Assembly (NCBI GenBank): GCA_041941365.1
Contig: JBGTQK010000012.1
Span: 13,415-77,414, forward strand
Source: Cellvibrionales bacterium
GTDB taxonomy: Bacteria > Pseudomonadota > Gammaproteobacteria > Pseudomonadales > UBA7434
Reading direction: 5' to 3'
DNA length: 64,000 nt
In this document: piece by piece, positions 28,579-39,447 of the stretch
Layout of the letters: each line of letters begins with the position of its first letter
Numbering within the stretch: the stretch's first letter is position 1
Position numbers and translations under genes: made by a program
Notes under the pieces: generated by a model
What the model was told of the DNA's origin: nothing
Seen by the model: only the letters and a program-made list of their open reading frames with translations
The model's database searches: none

Positions 28579-31500
28579 CTACTTAACAAATAGTGTGGTC
28601 ATCTCGGGCGTGTTTGATCCTGTTTTATAAATCCAACCGGTGCGAACAGTTCCGCTACCTGCGGGACCGGTAACAGGAATATCTACTGTAAATCTAGAAC
28701 CGTATTGATCGACCTTACCTGCTACAGCAGGATTATTCTTAACTCCACTCTGAAGCTGCTTAAGTAAATCATCTGCGTTAGATTTATTAAACCCTAGTGC
28801 AGACTCGAAAACCTTAGCTTTATTGCCACCAACAGGGTGATTGGGGTTAAGTGCATATTCTGTAAGTTTACGAGGATCAATCTTAGCTTTGTTTGCCCCA
28901 CTCAATACTCCCTTTGCAACATCATCAATAGCACTTACACCTACAGAAGATGCGCCTTTGAGTCCATTATACCCCCATTTTGCCAAATCATATATACTCT
29001 TTAACCCTCCTCCCACTGCTCCGAGCGCAACTTTAGCCGCTTGATTAAAACCGCTTCCATTTGATAGGTTAATCATTGTATCTGATTCTGGAAACGGCAA
29101 GTTAAAATCATTAGGATCAAAACCCGCATTGTCATAGTAAGAGGGCTGGAATAAATCTAACGTTGTTGAACCTGCATCAACACCGGATATAATATTTTTA
29201 AGCGATGTTCCAAAGGGGTCAATATTATTTACCGGGTTATTCGCTACATACGCATAACGATTAACGCCATCTATAAAACCTAACGGGTCTCTTGAGTTAA
29301 ACCGCCCTGTTTTGGGATTATACACTCTTGCCCTGTAGTGCATTAAACCATTGGGATCATGCTCCCTACCCGTAAAGCCATACTGTTTAATCGCCTGCCC
29401 ACTAATTTGGTTAACGTTACCAAAGGCATCGTACTGTTGCGTACCGGTAACTGTCCCGCTAAATAAATCAGTTTGTATAACGGCACTATTTCTATAATCC
29501 TGATGATAAACACTTTGTGTATTAAAATCGGCTGAATAACGTATTAACGGTTCGTCAATTCCTCCACCATTAATAAAGATAGATTCCAGTACGTTTGTGA
29601 CAAGACCATTGTTGGTAAATACAATATCTTCACCCACATAGGAATAGATATTACCGAAGTCATCTGAGTTTAAGGTTGGACTCCATGAGCTTCCACTCCA
29701 ATTAACTTGATACGTTGATGTTCGCTTAAATCGCCGTCCAGCATGATCATACGTCATTTGCTCATTGTATTGACGCAAACTACTGTTTGCCTGCCCTGAT
29801 AAAAAGAACGAGGAATTCAGATAGTTACTTCCATCCGCTGTAAAGGTTTGGCGCAAAGCAGGTAAACCATCATTATAATGAACAGTTAGAGCATAATCCC
29901 TTAAATCACATTGAGTCGCAATTGTATTACTGCTTGTGACACTTGCGGCTGAACTGCCCACACAACTTCTTAACGCTTCACCATCTGGTGTATATTGGTA
30001 ATGCGCTTTGGCGGTACCCGAGGCATTATTCGCGCGTATCGTTGTTAGTTGATGCGCGTCATCATATTGATAATAATCAACAACACCATCAAAATGATTG
30101 TGCGTAATACGATTACCAAACGCATCATAAGCCCATGTTTGTGATTGACTACCCAATGTCTCACCCGTTAAACGCGAGAGATTGTCGTACGTGTAACTGT
30201 ATTGTGTGTTAGCGCCATTAAGGTTTTCATCAATCGAATCAACACGCCCCAAGTTGTCATAAGTGAGGACTTGTTCAAACAAGGTATTATTTGTCGCATT
30301 CTCAATTAAAATACTGGCAATGCGATTATCATTGTAATGTGTATAACGCTGCTTGATTCCGCCAGGCAGATGCTTTTCCGTTAACCGACCGCCATCATCA
30401 TAGACATAATTAATACTATCAGTATCGAATGTGGTAATCGTTTGCAGTCGACCCGTATTATCATATCGGTAGTCAACGTCCTGGTAGAGCGCACCCGCGC
30501 CATTTTTCACCACTAAAGATGTTAAACGTCCACCGGGGCTATAACGCATTGCTTTGGTCGCACCGCCGGAGCTAGTGATTTTAGTGAGACGTTGAGCCTC
30601 ATCATATTCATAATACTCATTATTTGAAACGCCATTATGGCCACCTACCGCGTGAATCAACTGGCCTAAAGGATTTCTTCTGTACTGAAGTTCATCTTTT
30701 TGTCGTAACAAACCGCCATAGTAAAAGCTTCTCACTATCGGCGTTTGAACATAACTATCAGTACCTTGCAGTGTCAGAATTTCTTGATAAACATATTCTT
30801 TTACAGGGTCTCCATATTGGTTATATTCAAACGTCCTTTCATTGTTGAGTGGATCAGTGATAACTAACGGGCGACTCCAATAATCATACACTGTTGTTTC
30901 CTGAACAGTTGTACTGTCATTAGCAACCAACGCCAGCGAATCGGTACTGCCGGCTTTGACTTCAGTAACATTCCCCAACAAATCGTAGGTATAGGTTGTT
31001 ACAGGGCGGCGTACTTGACCGAGCAATGCATCGGTATAACTTTGCTCAACAATCCTAACGGGCCTGTTAAGTGCATCATACGTTACTTCAATTGCATTGC
31101 CTGCATTATCAACGATGAGAGTTACATTGCCGTTGTTATCGTAATCAAAAGTAGTACATCGAGGTGTTGCGCCCTCCAACGCTGGCGGCTCACATTGCTT
31201 TTCAAGACGACCATCTTCTATTGAACCATAATATTGGTACGTTGTAGAAAAACCATTAGGGTCTGTGCGTTTACGAGTTCGACCTATCGCATCAACATCA
31301 CGTTTTGCTTCTCTACCTTCTTCATCAAATGCCGATAATACACGATTCCTTTTATCGTAAGTGAAACCAATCGAATAATTATCAGGATCCGTTATACTTT
31401 CAATATTACCCATCGCGTCATACGTATAAAAACTCGCATTACCGGCAGCATCTAACGTTGTTTTTACTCGGTCAACCTGGTCATATTGCCTAACCGATGA

Positions 31501-34500
31501 GTCATACAAGGTTAAATTTTGATAACCACCGATTGGAACCGGATTATCATCGATAGAACCATCAATGGTTCGATTAACATGAAAGTATTTTCCTACTTTA
31601 GTAACACTTAAACTATTTCCCGTTGGGTTATTATTTTCATCATACGTATAATCCCGAACATACCCCAGTGAATCACTCGCTCTAACGATTCTATCTAGCT
31701 CATCATAGCTGAATAGGGTACGCTCAAAACGCCCATTGATCCCTTGTTCCACTCTGCCTAGCTCATCATAGATAACATCCTGACTATCACATCCATAATC
31801 AGTTCTGTCTTTATCCCTAAACCCACATCTCATCTCTCTATCAGGATAAAGTTGATTAGGATCAAATATTCTCCTAACGACAAATCCTTGCTCTGTAGCT
31901 ATATTTTCAACAAATTTTGTATTTTTTAAGTTACCCACTGAGTCGTAAATATTTTTAGTCCAGGAAAGTATTTGCCCATCGACCGGATTATACGTTTCTG
32001 GAGTTATTGATACGCCGATTCCACTTTTAAGAATAATCGTGTCGGTCAGGTTGCCATTTGAATCATATTGACGTAACTGATAATTGCCATTCGCATCCTT
32101 GATTTTTCCCGGTTGCTCAAAGTCCGTAAAATGACTATAAGTGATTGTACTGCCCGAAGGATTTGTCTGACTTATTACTGTTCCTTCATTGTTATAGCTG
32201 TATTCCGTTCTTAACCCTACTTCATCAACCATTGCCGTTCTTAGATAAGGATCGTCAGGGTCATTGTATTCATACGTTGAAATACTCCCCTCTTCATTGA
32301 TCATTTCGACCGTATTACCAAGCTCATCAAAAAAGTATTGCACTTTATTGCCGCGTGAATCCGTCACAATGGTTTCACGCCTGAAGTCATTGTATTCAAA
32401 TATGAAGGTTTCGTTAGCATCATTGGTATGACGGAAAACCCTGCCATCGATATAGTATTCAAAGCGGATGCCATTGCCTTTTGGATGCGTTATCGACTTG
32501 ATTGAATGTGCAATCGTTTCTGCATCGTTATCGGTAAAATACTCATAAATAACGGGGGGTTGATCGCCAGCTACAGCCAATGGGTTTTTAAATTGAACCA
32601 GATCACCATTTCCATCATAAACATATTCAATACGTCTTCCTGACCAATCCTCTATGGCTGTAATACGGTCATTATTGTCATGACTAAATTGGATAAAGCG
32701 AGCTAATGGCGAATTATCCGTTACTTTATCTAAATTCCCATTGACATAACTGAGTGTCAGGCTATTACCGTTTCTGGACTCTATTCGTTTTAAAACAAAT
32801 TTGTCACCAACATCGGATACGTATTGATCACCGGGATTTTCAGGCTCAAAATAATACGCCAAGCCATTTTTCTCTGTAATTTTAAATTCAATAGCCGATA
32901 ATCGTTCAACCGTATAATATTGCCCCTGTGGCGCCGTGAATGTTGAGCCAGTTGTCGTTCCATTGGCATTAGCACCTGTCACTGTAATCTGGCTTTCTGC
33001 GCCCGTACCATTAACCCAGATTACCGAAGAAACGGTACCATCTTCATCACTGCTATCTTGTGCATCGGGGTTATCATCAGAAAAGACTAATGCATGATTG
33101 AAACTGTGCGTCCAACCGACACCTAATGGCCCCTCTAACTTGGAGCGACTGTTGTAAGAGCGTTGAAATACAAAAGGGAGATCACGAAAAGGAATGGTTA
33201 GATCATCGTTCGTTTCAAAATAGTTACCATTTACAGTATTGACCGGATCACCGGCAAAGGTACTCGCAAACGAATTACCGTATCCAACCCCCGCGCCAAT
33301 TTGTAATATCGCATCATCTGGAACAATAGGCCCTGTAAAGTCAATGGGATCAAGGAAAGAGCTTGTACTTCCTCCGTTATAACCCCAGTCATAAGTAGGA
33401 TTATACGTAGTCATCGAGATGCGATCAGCAACGGTAAAACCACCGTCGTAAGAACCCGAGATAGCAAAGGAAGCCGTACTTGGCTTTGATGCTGTGTACA
33501 CGGTTCCAAGCCAAGTGCCGTATAATATGCGACGATCCGGTATCTTAACGGTAAAACCTTCGTTCAATAAGTCAATTAAAAATTGTCTGAATCCAGCTGG
33601 ATACGCTTGTTCACCAGTAAATCCGTTTTCTGCCAATCGTAACTTGGCCAATTCAGTACCTTGATTAGCGCTTGTAATGGTATAAACACCATAGCCCTGT
33701 TCATTGGCATATTGAATACCACTTGCGGTTGATACTGCATCCATCCTCGCGCCTTTGCGCCAAAGCTCCGATTCATAGGCAGACCCCGTGTATCCGATGG
33801 CAAGGAATTCATTGTCAGTATCACCAATTGAGCGACTCACACCACCAGGTACATCAACATAAAAACCTGTTTCAACAACACCCAGTGGAAGATCCAACAC
33901 TTTTTCGACATAACTTTGACTCCCTGTTAACCCTAGATGAAGACCAGACTCCGCCCTAAAATCCATAGCTTTTGCGAGAACTTTGGGCGCATTACTTAAA
34001 TTAGTCATATAACTTAACGACATGTAATGCAGGAAATTTCCTAACGTTTGATGTATATCTGAGCCGGGGTTGGTTACATTATTAACGGCATTGATTGTTT
34101 TATTGGCTATGTCCGTCAGTGTTTTATTGGTTCCCTGGTGTCCCCAAAACTGTAGACTGTGATAATTAGCCCCAAATAATCCATCAAAACACGAATCATT
34201 GACTAACTGTGTCTCTGTAACCACCGGACAATTCTCTCTATTCGTTTGATTATCTATTGCTTCATCAAGGGTCACTCTAATGTTCAACTTATTGTTTCTT
34301 GAGGTACTTGAGGTTATCACTGTACCCGTATCAACTACCACACCATCAATTAAAAATTGCGGTACTAAACTAACATCCGGCAATGTACCCCCATTAATAC
34401 GCCAATGACTCATTGTATTCTCTGCTGATGCAGTAGCGCCTTTGTAATGGAAGGTGACAGGCTTGAGTAAAATACTACTTGTAGGTACAGTAAAACTTGC

Positions 34501-37476
34501 TCCTGTTGAACCACCCGCAGACGTTATCGCTTCGGCGGTAAAATAATACCGATGGCTATCTGGCAGTATAGAAGTGGTAGACGAACCACTGTTTGTCCAA
34601 TTGGTAAACTGGGCGATGGCGATGGGAATATCATTGGGCAAAATATCGAAATTGACATTGACTTTCGTTGATTGATAGCCCACATCTTTAACGGTTAGAT
34701 TCGGATCAGCAATCAAGTCGTTGACGTTTTCTGCAACGTATTCTTCCGGTGTTTTCTTTTTATAACCCGATAAATAATCATCGATATCAAAGTCATAGCT
34801 CGGTGCCGTGACATTTGTAAATTGACGGTTTTCAAAACTGACATCCAAAGGTATCCAACGGTGCCCCACTTGATCAAAACCACTACCGTTATAATGGGAA
34901 TACGGTACACAGGCTTCTACCCACACATGCGAGAATTGTAAATAACCCTCGCCACCCCAACCAACATCCGGGTTTTCACCAGAACCCAGTAACTGCGCAG
35001 CATCCTCTGCTGACTCAACCTGTAACCATTTCAAAATGCGGTGATTGGGGTCATCTAAAGTACGAGTGAATACTATGCCTCGTACGTAACGCGCCGGGAT
35101 ACCTGAATCACGAAGTAGCGCTATCGTAAGAGAAGCTTGATCTGTGGAGCCACCTGATCCCGTTTTTAACGTTCCGACGGCACCCTTTAAAGCGCCGTAA
35201 GTAGGCTGATAGTGAATTTCGTTAGATACATAATTAAATATATTTCTAACATCATAGCCGAGTGCTTTTGCTTTATCCTGAATCTCTTGAGAAATGATGA
35301 TTTCCTGATTATCAGCCTCAAGGTCTGCCTGTGCATAGTTACAGTTTTGTGCATCTGGCAATGTCGCCTGTGAACTGGCAATAAGTACGCCATCCTTTGA
35401 AAACGCTAGTGGCTCATGTCCGTTCATTGCTAACGATGTTCTTGCAAACACCTTTTTATTGTGTTCTGCATAACCTGGCAGATTATAATGATGATTGATT
35501 TCGGGTGGCTTATCTAAAAACTTTCCTTTTTTCTGACTTTTTATGATAGTTGGCGAATAACCGCCTCGATTGATCGGGGGTTTTAATCCATCCACTACTT
35601 TTTTTAATTCGATAAAGGCATCATAGGATTGCGTCCCTTTGTCATTGATTAGGTTACTAATCATTTCAGCCAGGTTTGCAATGGCTTGATCTTTTGCTTT
35701 TATTTTATCCTCTGAAAGATGAAGCTTTATATCTTTGTTATAACGCCTTAATTTTTCACCCGTTAACTCTTTATTTAAAAGATCATTTAGATTTAATAGT
35801 CTTGTTAGGTTTGTCTGCAAGAACATTTTCTTGGCTTCCAGCGAAAAATCATCATTCATCGACTTTGCAATTGAATGAATTTCCTCCTGAATGAGCCTTA
35901 ATGTATCATCACGTTTTGCAGGGTGTTCAATTTGGCTATCTTTAATGGCATTAAGCACATGATCAGGCAGTGGCGTGGCCGCTTTTAAGATACCTGGATA
36001 GCCTGCACTTAAAGAAAATAAAACCGTTACTAGCAATAAACTCACGTATGATTTAACATTTTTCTTGAGCTGAGTAAAAATCGTCATAATGAATAGACCC
36101 AATAGCATAAGGAATGGAAGTGGCATTGTTGGAATCGTAATGCCTGGATCACCCGTAACAACCAGTTTGGCATTGCGCGACTCTTCAACGTCATCTGAAT
36201 AAATCACCGTATAGAAAAAATTAAATGCGCCTCTGATGTAGGGTAAACCGCTAATAAGGCCGCTTGTTTCATCAACCGATACACCTTCCGGTAAGCCTGA
36301 GCTAACCTCAAACCTGTCAATCGCTACCGCGCGAGAACCTTCCAGATAATCGTTGATAGACACTAACGTTCTACCCATGTTGTCTATTGTTTCTGACGTA
36401 TGATAGCCAGCAATACTGTCACCTATCTGGCCATCAATCAAGGTTGCTGCATCGGGGTATTGTGGATTGGTGCCTGTTATCAGTTCGACATTATCCGGTA
36501 TACCATCGGTATCTGAATCTAACAATACTGTTTGTGTAATTGCTTCCAGCACAAAAGCCGTCGTTAACGGATCATTCACAAAACTACCGTTTAGCGGGTC
36601 TTGCTTTGACACCAGAAAATCTTCAGCATCACTGACAACTGCCTGCACTGCGGATGAATTTGCCGTTGTGTTACCGGCACTCTGCGCGGCCTTGATCGCT
36701 GATAGTACCAGCGCGGTTTCATAGATTTCGCCATTGGATGCGGTTGATTCTTCATTAAAACCACCATCATTTTTTTTATTAGCGCTTGCAATGATCCAGT
36801 TAATCCCTTCTGTGATATCCGTTTGCGAACCTATACCTTGCTGGCGTAATCGACTTAATGCTCGAGTAGCAAATGCGGTCGGTATCAATTCCGAATTTAA
36901 TGATATTCCCGCCGCTACGATGCCAGGATAGGGCCATCCGTTATCGGTATTTTGGTAAAGCTGCACCAATACCGCTTGTGTATACAGTGCATCGGCATTC
37001 GATTGATCCGACAAAAACCACGCATCGATGGCCAGTGATGTCACTTGAATATTCGGTTGATAGCCTGGGTATGTCCCCCATACCGCAGAGTTATTTATTT
37101 CGTGCAGTGTGGAATTCTTATGATCACTTAATTCTGATAGCTTTTCTTCTACATCATAACCAAACAGCCCTAACGTACCGGCTTGCTCCGCAAGATGCAC
37201 CGTGTTGTTAGCATGGGTATTGGCCAACCACCCTAAACCTACTTCAATGGAAATCCCTTTCGATATACCTGCATTGTGAAAGGCTTTCAATACAGTCGCT
37301 GTTGCCGATATTTTAGAGTACCCCGATGGCCAATAACCATTAGCGTTTTGCGAAGTAAATAAATAGGCCAACCCATTTTCTCGAAGATTATCTATTTCAG
37401 TTTGTGTTGCTGATATAGCAGTGTTAACCGTTAAGATTGAAGTTATTACTGCAAAAACAATAGATTTGATTTTCAT
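28579..37476 (-). CDS. Giant Rhs/YD-repeat polymorphic toxin: prenyltransferase-like repeats, Ig-like domain, internal TM pair, transglutaminase-like domain, DUF6531, Rhs core, DUF6883-like C-terminal toxin
   Basis: Signal peptide; LxxxQxxxGxW-type repeats; DSDTDGIPD; GLPEGVSVDETSGLISG; ALLRDSGIPARYV..HVWVE..WIPLD; GDPVNTVNGN..RSYNS..LGVGWTH; YD repeats; RDPLG...NNPVNNIDPFG; CT KIDPRKLTEYALNPNHPVGGNKAKVF. Confidence 0.9.
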   Translation of the reverse strand: MKIKSIVFAVITSILTVNTAISATQTEIDNLRENGLAYLFTSQNANGYWPSGYSKISATATVLKAFHNAGISKGISIEVGLGWLANTHANNTVHLAEQAGTLGLFGYDVEEKLSELSDHKNSTLHEINNSAVWGTYPGYQPNIQVTSLAIDAWFLSDQSNADALYTQAVLVQLYQNTDNGWPYPGIVAAGISLNSELIPTAFATRALSRLRQQGIGSQTDITEGINWIIASANKKNDGGFNEESTASNGEIYETALVLSAIKAAQSAGNTTANSSAVQAVVSDAEDFLVSKQDPLNGSFVNDPLTTAFVLEAITQTVLLDSDTDGIPDNVELITGTNPQYPDAATLIDGQIGDSIAGYHTSETIDNMGRTLVSINDYLEGSRAVAIDRFEVSSGLPEGVSVDETSGLISGLPYIRGAFNFFYTVIYSDDVEESRNAKLVVTGDPGITIPTMPLPFLMLLGLFIMTIFTQLKKNVKSYVSLLLVTVLFSLSAGYPGILKAATPLPDHVLNAIKDSQIEHPAKRDDTLRLIQEEIHSIAKSMNDDFSLEAKKMFLQTNLTRLLNLNDLLNKELTGEKLRRYNKDIKLHLSEDKIKAKDQAIANLAEMISNLINDKGTQSYDAFIELKKVVDGLKPPINRGGYSPTIIKSQKKGKFLDKPPEINHHYNLPGYAEHNKKVFARTSLAMNGHEPLAFSKDGVLIASSQATLPDAQNCNYAQADLEADNQEIIISQEIQDKAKALGYDVRNIFNYVSNEIHYQPTYGALKGAVGTLKTGSGGSTDQASLTIALLRDSGIPARYVRGIVFTRTLDDPNHRILKWLQVESAEDAAQLLGSGENPDVGWGGEGYLQFSHVWVEACVPYSHYNGSGFDQVGHRWIPLDVSFENRQFTNVTAPSYDFDIDDYLSGYKKKTPEEYVAENVNDLIADPNLTVKDVGYQSTKVNVNFDILPNDIPIAIAQFTNWTNSGSSTTSILPDSHRYYFTAEAITSAGGSTGASFTVPTSSILLKPVTFHYKGATASAENTMSHWRINGGTLPDVSLVPQFLIDGVVVDTGTVITSSTSRNNKLNIRVTLDEAIDNQTNRENCPVVTETQLVNDSCFDGLFGANYHSLQFWGHQGTNKTLTDIANKTINAVNNVTNPGSDIHQTLGNFLHYMSLSYMTNLSNAPKVLAKAMDFRAESGLHLGLTGSQSYVEKVLDLPLGVVETGFYVDVPGGVSRSIGDTDNEFLAIGYTGSAYESELWRKGARMDAVSTASGIQYANEQGYGVYTITSANQGTELAKLRLAENGFTGEQAYPAGFRQFLIDLLNEGFTVKIPDRRILYGTWLGTVYTASKPSTASFAISGSYDGGFTVADRISMTTYNPTYDWGYNGGSTSSFLDPIDFTGPIVPDDAILQIGAGVGYGNSFASTFAGDPVNTVNGNYFETNDDLTIPFRDLPFVFQRSYNSRSKLEGPLGVGWTHSFNHALVFSDDNPDAQDSSDEDGTVSSVIWVNGTGAESQITVTGANANGTTTGSTFTAPQGQYYTVERLSAIEFKITEKNGLAYYFEPENPGDQYVSDVGDKFVLKRIESRNGNSLTLSYVNGNLDKVTDNSPLARFIQFSHDNNDRITAIEDWSGRRIEYVYDGNGDLVQFKNPLAVAGDQPPVIYEYFTDNDAETIAHSIKSITHPKGNGIRFEYYIDGRVFRHTNDANETFIFEYNDFRRETIVTDSRGNKVQYFFDELGNTVEMINEEGSISTYEYNDPDDPYLRTAMVDEVGLRTEYSYNNEGTVISQTNPSGSTITYSHFTDFEQPGKIKDANGNYQLRQYDSNGNLTDTIILKSGIGVSITPETYNPVDGQILSWTKNIYDSVGNLKNTKFVENIATEQGFVVRRIFDPNQLYPDREMRCGFRDKDRTDYGCDSQDVIYDELGRVEQGINGRFERTLFSYDELDRIVRASDSLGYVRDYTYDENNNPTGNSLSVTKVGKYFHVNRTIDGSIDDNPVPIGGYQNLTLYDSSVRQYDQVDRVKTTLDAAGNASFYTYDAMGNIESITDPDNYSIGFTYDKRNRVLSAFDEEGREAKRDVDAIGRTRKRTDPNGFSTTYQYYGSIEDGRLEKQCEPPALEGATPRCTTFDYDNNGNVTLIVDNAGNAIEVTYDALNRPVRIVEQSYTDALLGQVRRPVTTYTYDLLGNVTEVKAGSTDSLALVANDSTTVQETTVYDYWSRPLVITDPLNNERTFEYNQYGDPVKEYVYQEILTLQGTDSYVQTPIVRSFYYGGLLRQKDELQYRRNPLGQLIHAVGGHNGVSNNEYYEYDEAQRLTKITSSGGATKAMRYSPGGRLTSLVVKNGAGALYQDVDYRYDNTGRLQTITTFDTDSINYVYDDGGRLTEKHLPGGIKQRYTHYNDNRIASILIENATNNTLFEQVLTYDNLGRVDSIDENLNGANTQYSYTYDNLSRLTGETLGSQSQTWAYDAFGNRITHNHFDGVVDYYQYDDAHQLTTIRANNASGTAKAHYQYTPDGEALRSCVGSSAASVTSSNTIATQCDLRDYALTVHYNDGLPALRQTFTADGSNYLNSSFFLSGQANSSLRQYNEQMTYDHAGRRFKRTSTYQVNWSGSSWSPTLNSDDFGNIYSYVGEDIVFTNNGLVTNVLESIFINGGGIDEPLIRYSADFNTQSVYHQDYRNSAVIQTDLFSGTVTGTQQYDAFGNVNQISGQAIKQYGFTGREHDPNGLMHYRARVYNPKTGRFNSRDPLGFIDGVNRYAYVANNPVNNIDPFGTSLKNIISGVDAGSTTLDLFQPSYYDNAGFDPNDFNLPFPESDTMINLSNGSGFNQAAKVALGAVGGGLKSIYDLAKWGYNGLKGASSVGVSAIDDVAKGVLSGANKAKIDPRKLTEYALNPNHPVGGNKAKVFESALGFNKSNADDLLKQLQSGVKNNPAVAGKVDQYGSRFTVDIPVTGPAGSGTVRTGWIYKTGSNTPEMTTLFVK

Positions 37477-37541
37477 CGTTCTATTTCCTATAACGTAGGA
37501 TAATTAATATAAAAAATTGAAGTAAATGTTTAGCCAGCACG

Positions 37542-38192
37542 TTAAAACTCTAATGAGCCCGTTTCTAATAATTGCTCTGGTGAAAATATTGTGTAATTAC
37601 TTATATTGTTAGATTCAAAACTCGCTCTTGAAATCATAAGGTCATCAGGACTTAGTTGAATCCATTTCTTTTTTCCTGACCATAGCTTTGCTTTTACTGC
37701 TTTCTTCGTTATATCTTCACCGAGCAATTCTGCTCCCTTTTCAAGTCGCCACTGCAAATAATCAATAAGCACTATCTTCTCTTCACCCTCTTCATTTTTG
37801 ACAGGCATATAGAGCTGTAAAGCATAAGCAGCCTGTTTTAATGGCAGTGAGATATGCCCACCTAGAGAAACTAAAGCAACTTGACCTTGATGGCTAATCA
37901 TTGGTGTCAGATTAATTTGTAAAGATGAATGGGCCTCAATGACTTCATCATTGAAACCTGACTCATCGGTACATAAAGTCTTTTGTAGATGGGTATCACT
38001 GCATATTTGAAGGCCCTCTAACGACTTTTTCTTATTTGATCTATTGGTTATTTCAACCCAACCGTTCACAAAATTAATACGTTTAATCTTTAATGCACCC
38101 GCCCTTTCCGATGCACTAACCCACGCAGTCCCTGTTAACAAAATAAATAGTGTTAACAAAGAAACCGTGGTTTTATAAAAATAAACTTTCAT
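37542..38192 (-). CDS. Exported protein, lamin-tail-like domain (paralog of 38249-38914)
   Basis: Signal peptide; WVEITN..SLEGLQICS..CT..SGFN..YALQL..YLQW shared with the neighbour. Confidence 0.55.
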   Translation of the reverse strand: MKVYFYKTTVSLLTLFILLTGTAWVSASERAGALKIKRINFVNGWVEITNRSNKKKSLEGLQICSDTHLQKTLCTDESGFNDEVIEAHSSLQINLTPMISHQGQVALVSLGGHISLPLKQAAYALQLYMPVKNEEGEEKIVLIDYLQWRLEKGAELLGEDITKKAVKAKLWSGKKKWIQLSPDDLMISRASFESNNISNYTIFSPEQLLETGSLEF

Positions 38193-38248
38193 TTTTTACT
38201 CCTTTATTTAGCGTTATTTTTTTAGAATAACCGAATCATTGTCTAACG

Positions 38249-38914
38249 CTAAAAGCAATTAAAGAAAATAACACTAGCGAAAAGTGTCATAGGGATTGTC
38301 GGGATTTCAAAACTACTCACCGCATGAAATGAAGCCAGACTCAGCACGCCCTCTTCAATCCCGTACAAACGCTTGATTGCAACCGTTTCTTCATCAGTAA
38401 CTATCCAATCTGTCGATAGTTGCCACAATCCCGCAATAACTGCGTTATTGCTTTGTTGGTCTGCTGTATTGTTATGAATACCGTCAACACTCCATTGTAT
38501 ATGGTGTGCAAGACTTGCTGGATTGGTTAGAGAAAACGGAGGTTTAAAAAGTTGTAAGCTGTATGACGCTTTTGAGAATGGAGCGGCTAATGCACCGCCC
38601 AAATCAGAAATATTGATTTGATTAGGTTGATCTGATTGATTGTCCAATCTTATTAATTTAATTTCTCCAGGCGCTATGCTTATACCATTAAACCCAGACG
38701 AACCTGTACATTTGTTGATTTCATTGGCGTCACTTGAGCATAGCCTCCATCCATCTAACGATTGTACATTAGCCCCTACATTGATTATTTCTATCATTTT
38801 TCTCGAAAAATCGACTTTATGAAATTGAATATCTTTATAACCGGCTATTACCAATTGCGTTCCTAACAGCAATACCAAGGCTGATAATAACATTTGTAAT
38901 TTCAAATTTTTCAT
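38249..38914 (-). CDS. Exported lamin-tail-like protein with C-terminal IPT-hydrophobic tail
   Basis: Signal peptide; IEIIN..SLDGWRLCS..CT..SGFN; ends EIPTIPMTLFASVIFF. Confidence 0.55.
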   Translation of the reverse strand: MKNLKLQMLLSALVLLLGTQLVIAGYKDIQFHKVDFSRKMIEIINVGANVQSLDGWRLCSSDANEINKCTGSSGFNGISIAPGEIKLIRLDNQSDQPNQINISDLGGALAAPFSKASYSLQLFKPPFSLTNPASLAHHIQWSVDGIHNNTADQQSNNAVIAGLWQLSTDWIVTDEETVAIKRLYGIEEGVLSLASFHAVSSFEIPTIPMTLFASVIFFNCF

Positions 38915-39447
38915 AACCTACCTTTACCTTTCTACCCAATAAACTGATGAAAAAACGACCCGCTGAACCATTACACCAACACTCAAGCAATAAGCATTAT
39001 CACCCGGAGATACAATACCTCAACTGGCCAAACCAATTAATACAGTCTATGCAAATGTCTTACTTGAAAATCGTCAGGAAACAGCAATGGCAGATAGATA
39101 GAGAACGTCTAAATAACGTTAATGGGTAAGCATTTTTCCTATAATCCTAGTTATATCAATATATAACTCTTCTCTCATCGCGCGTTCAAACACATATAAC
39201 ATGTGTAATAAACTATAAATCATTGACATCCCAACAATCTGACAAACACATTATGTTTCTTATCACCCTTTTTTTTATGTATTTTTTGCTCATGCAAAAG
39301 GCCGCGCTAAATTACTTATAACGCAATATACATATTTTTTACCTCACCCGATCACGACAATAATATCGTAATAATTTATAACATAAATAATACAACAATA
39401 ATTATGACAATATAGAGAAAGTTTTTAAAAAACTTAAGATAATGTTT

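Noticed and set aside
29400-33250. Repetitive pattern that might suggest an array
   Set aside because: Protein-level YD repeats of the Rhs gene. I saw no CRISPR-like repeat-spacer array anywhere in the window.
38947-39133. ORF 38947-39129 (+) and a minus-strand AGGA-ATG at 39133
   Set aside because: The plus ORF has no support; the minus frame stops after 4 codons.
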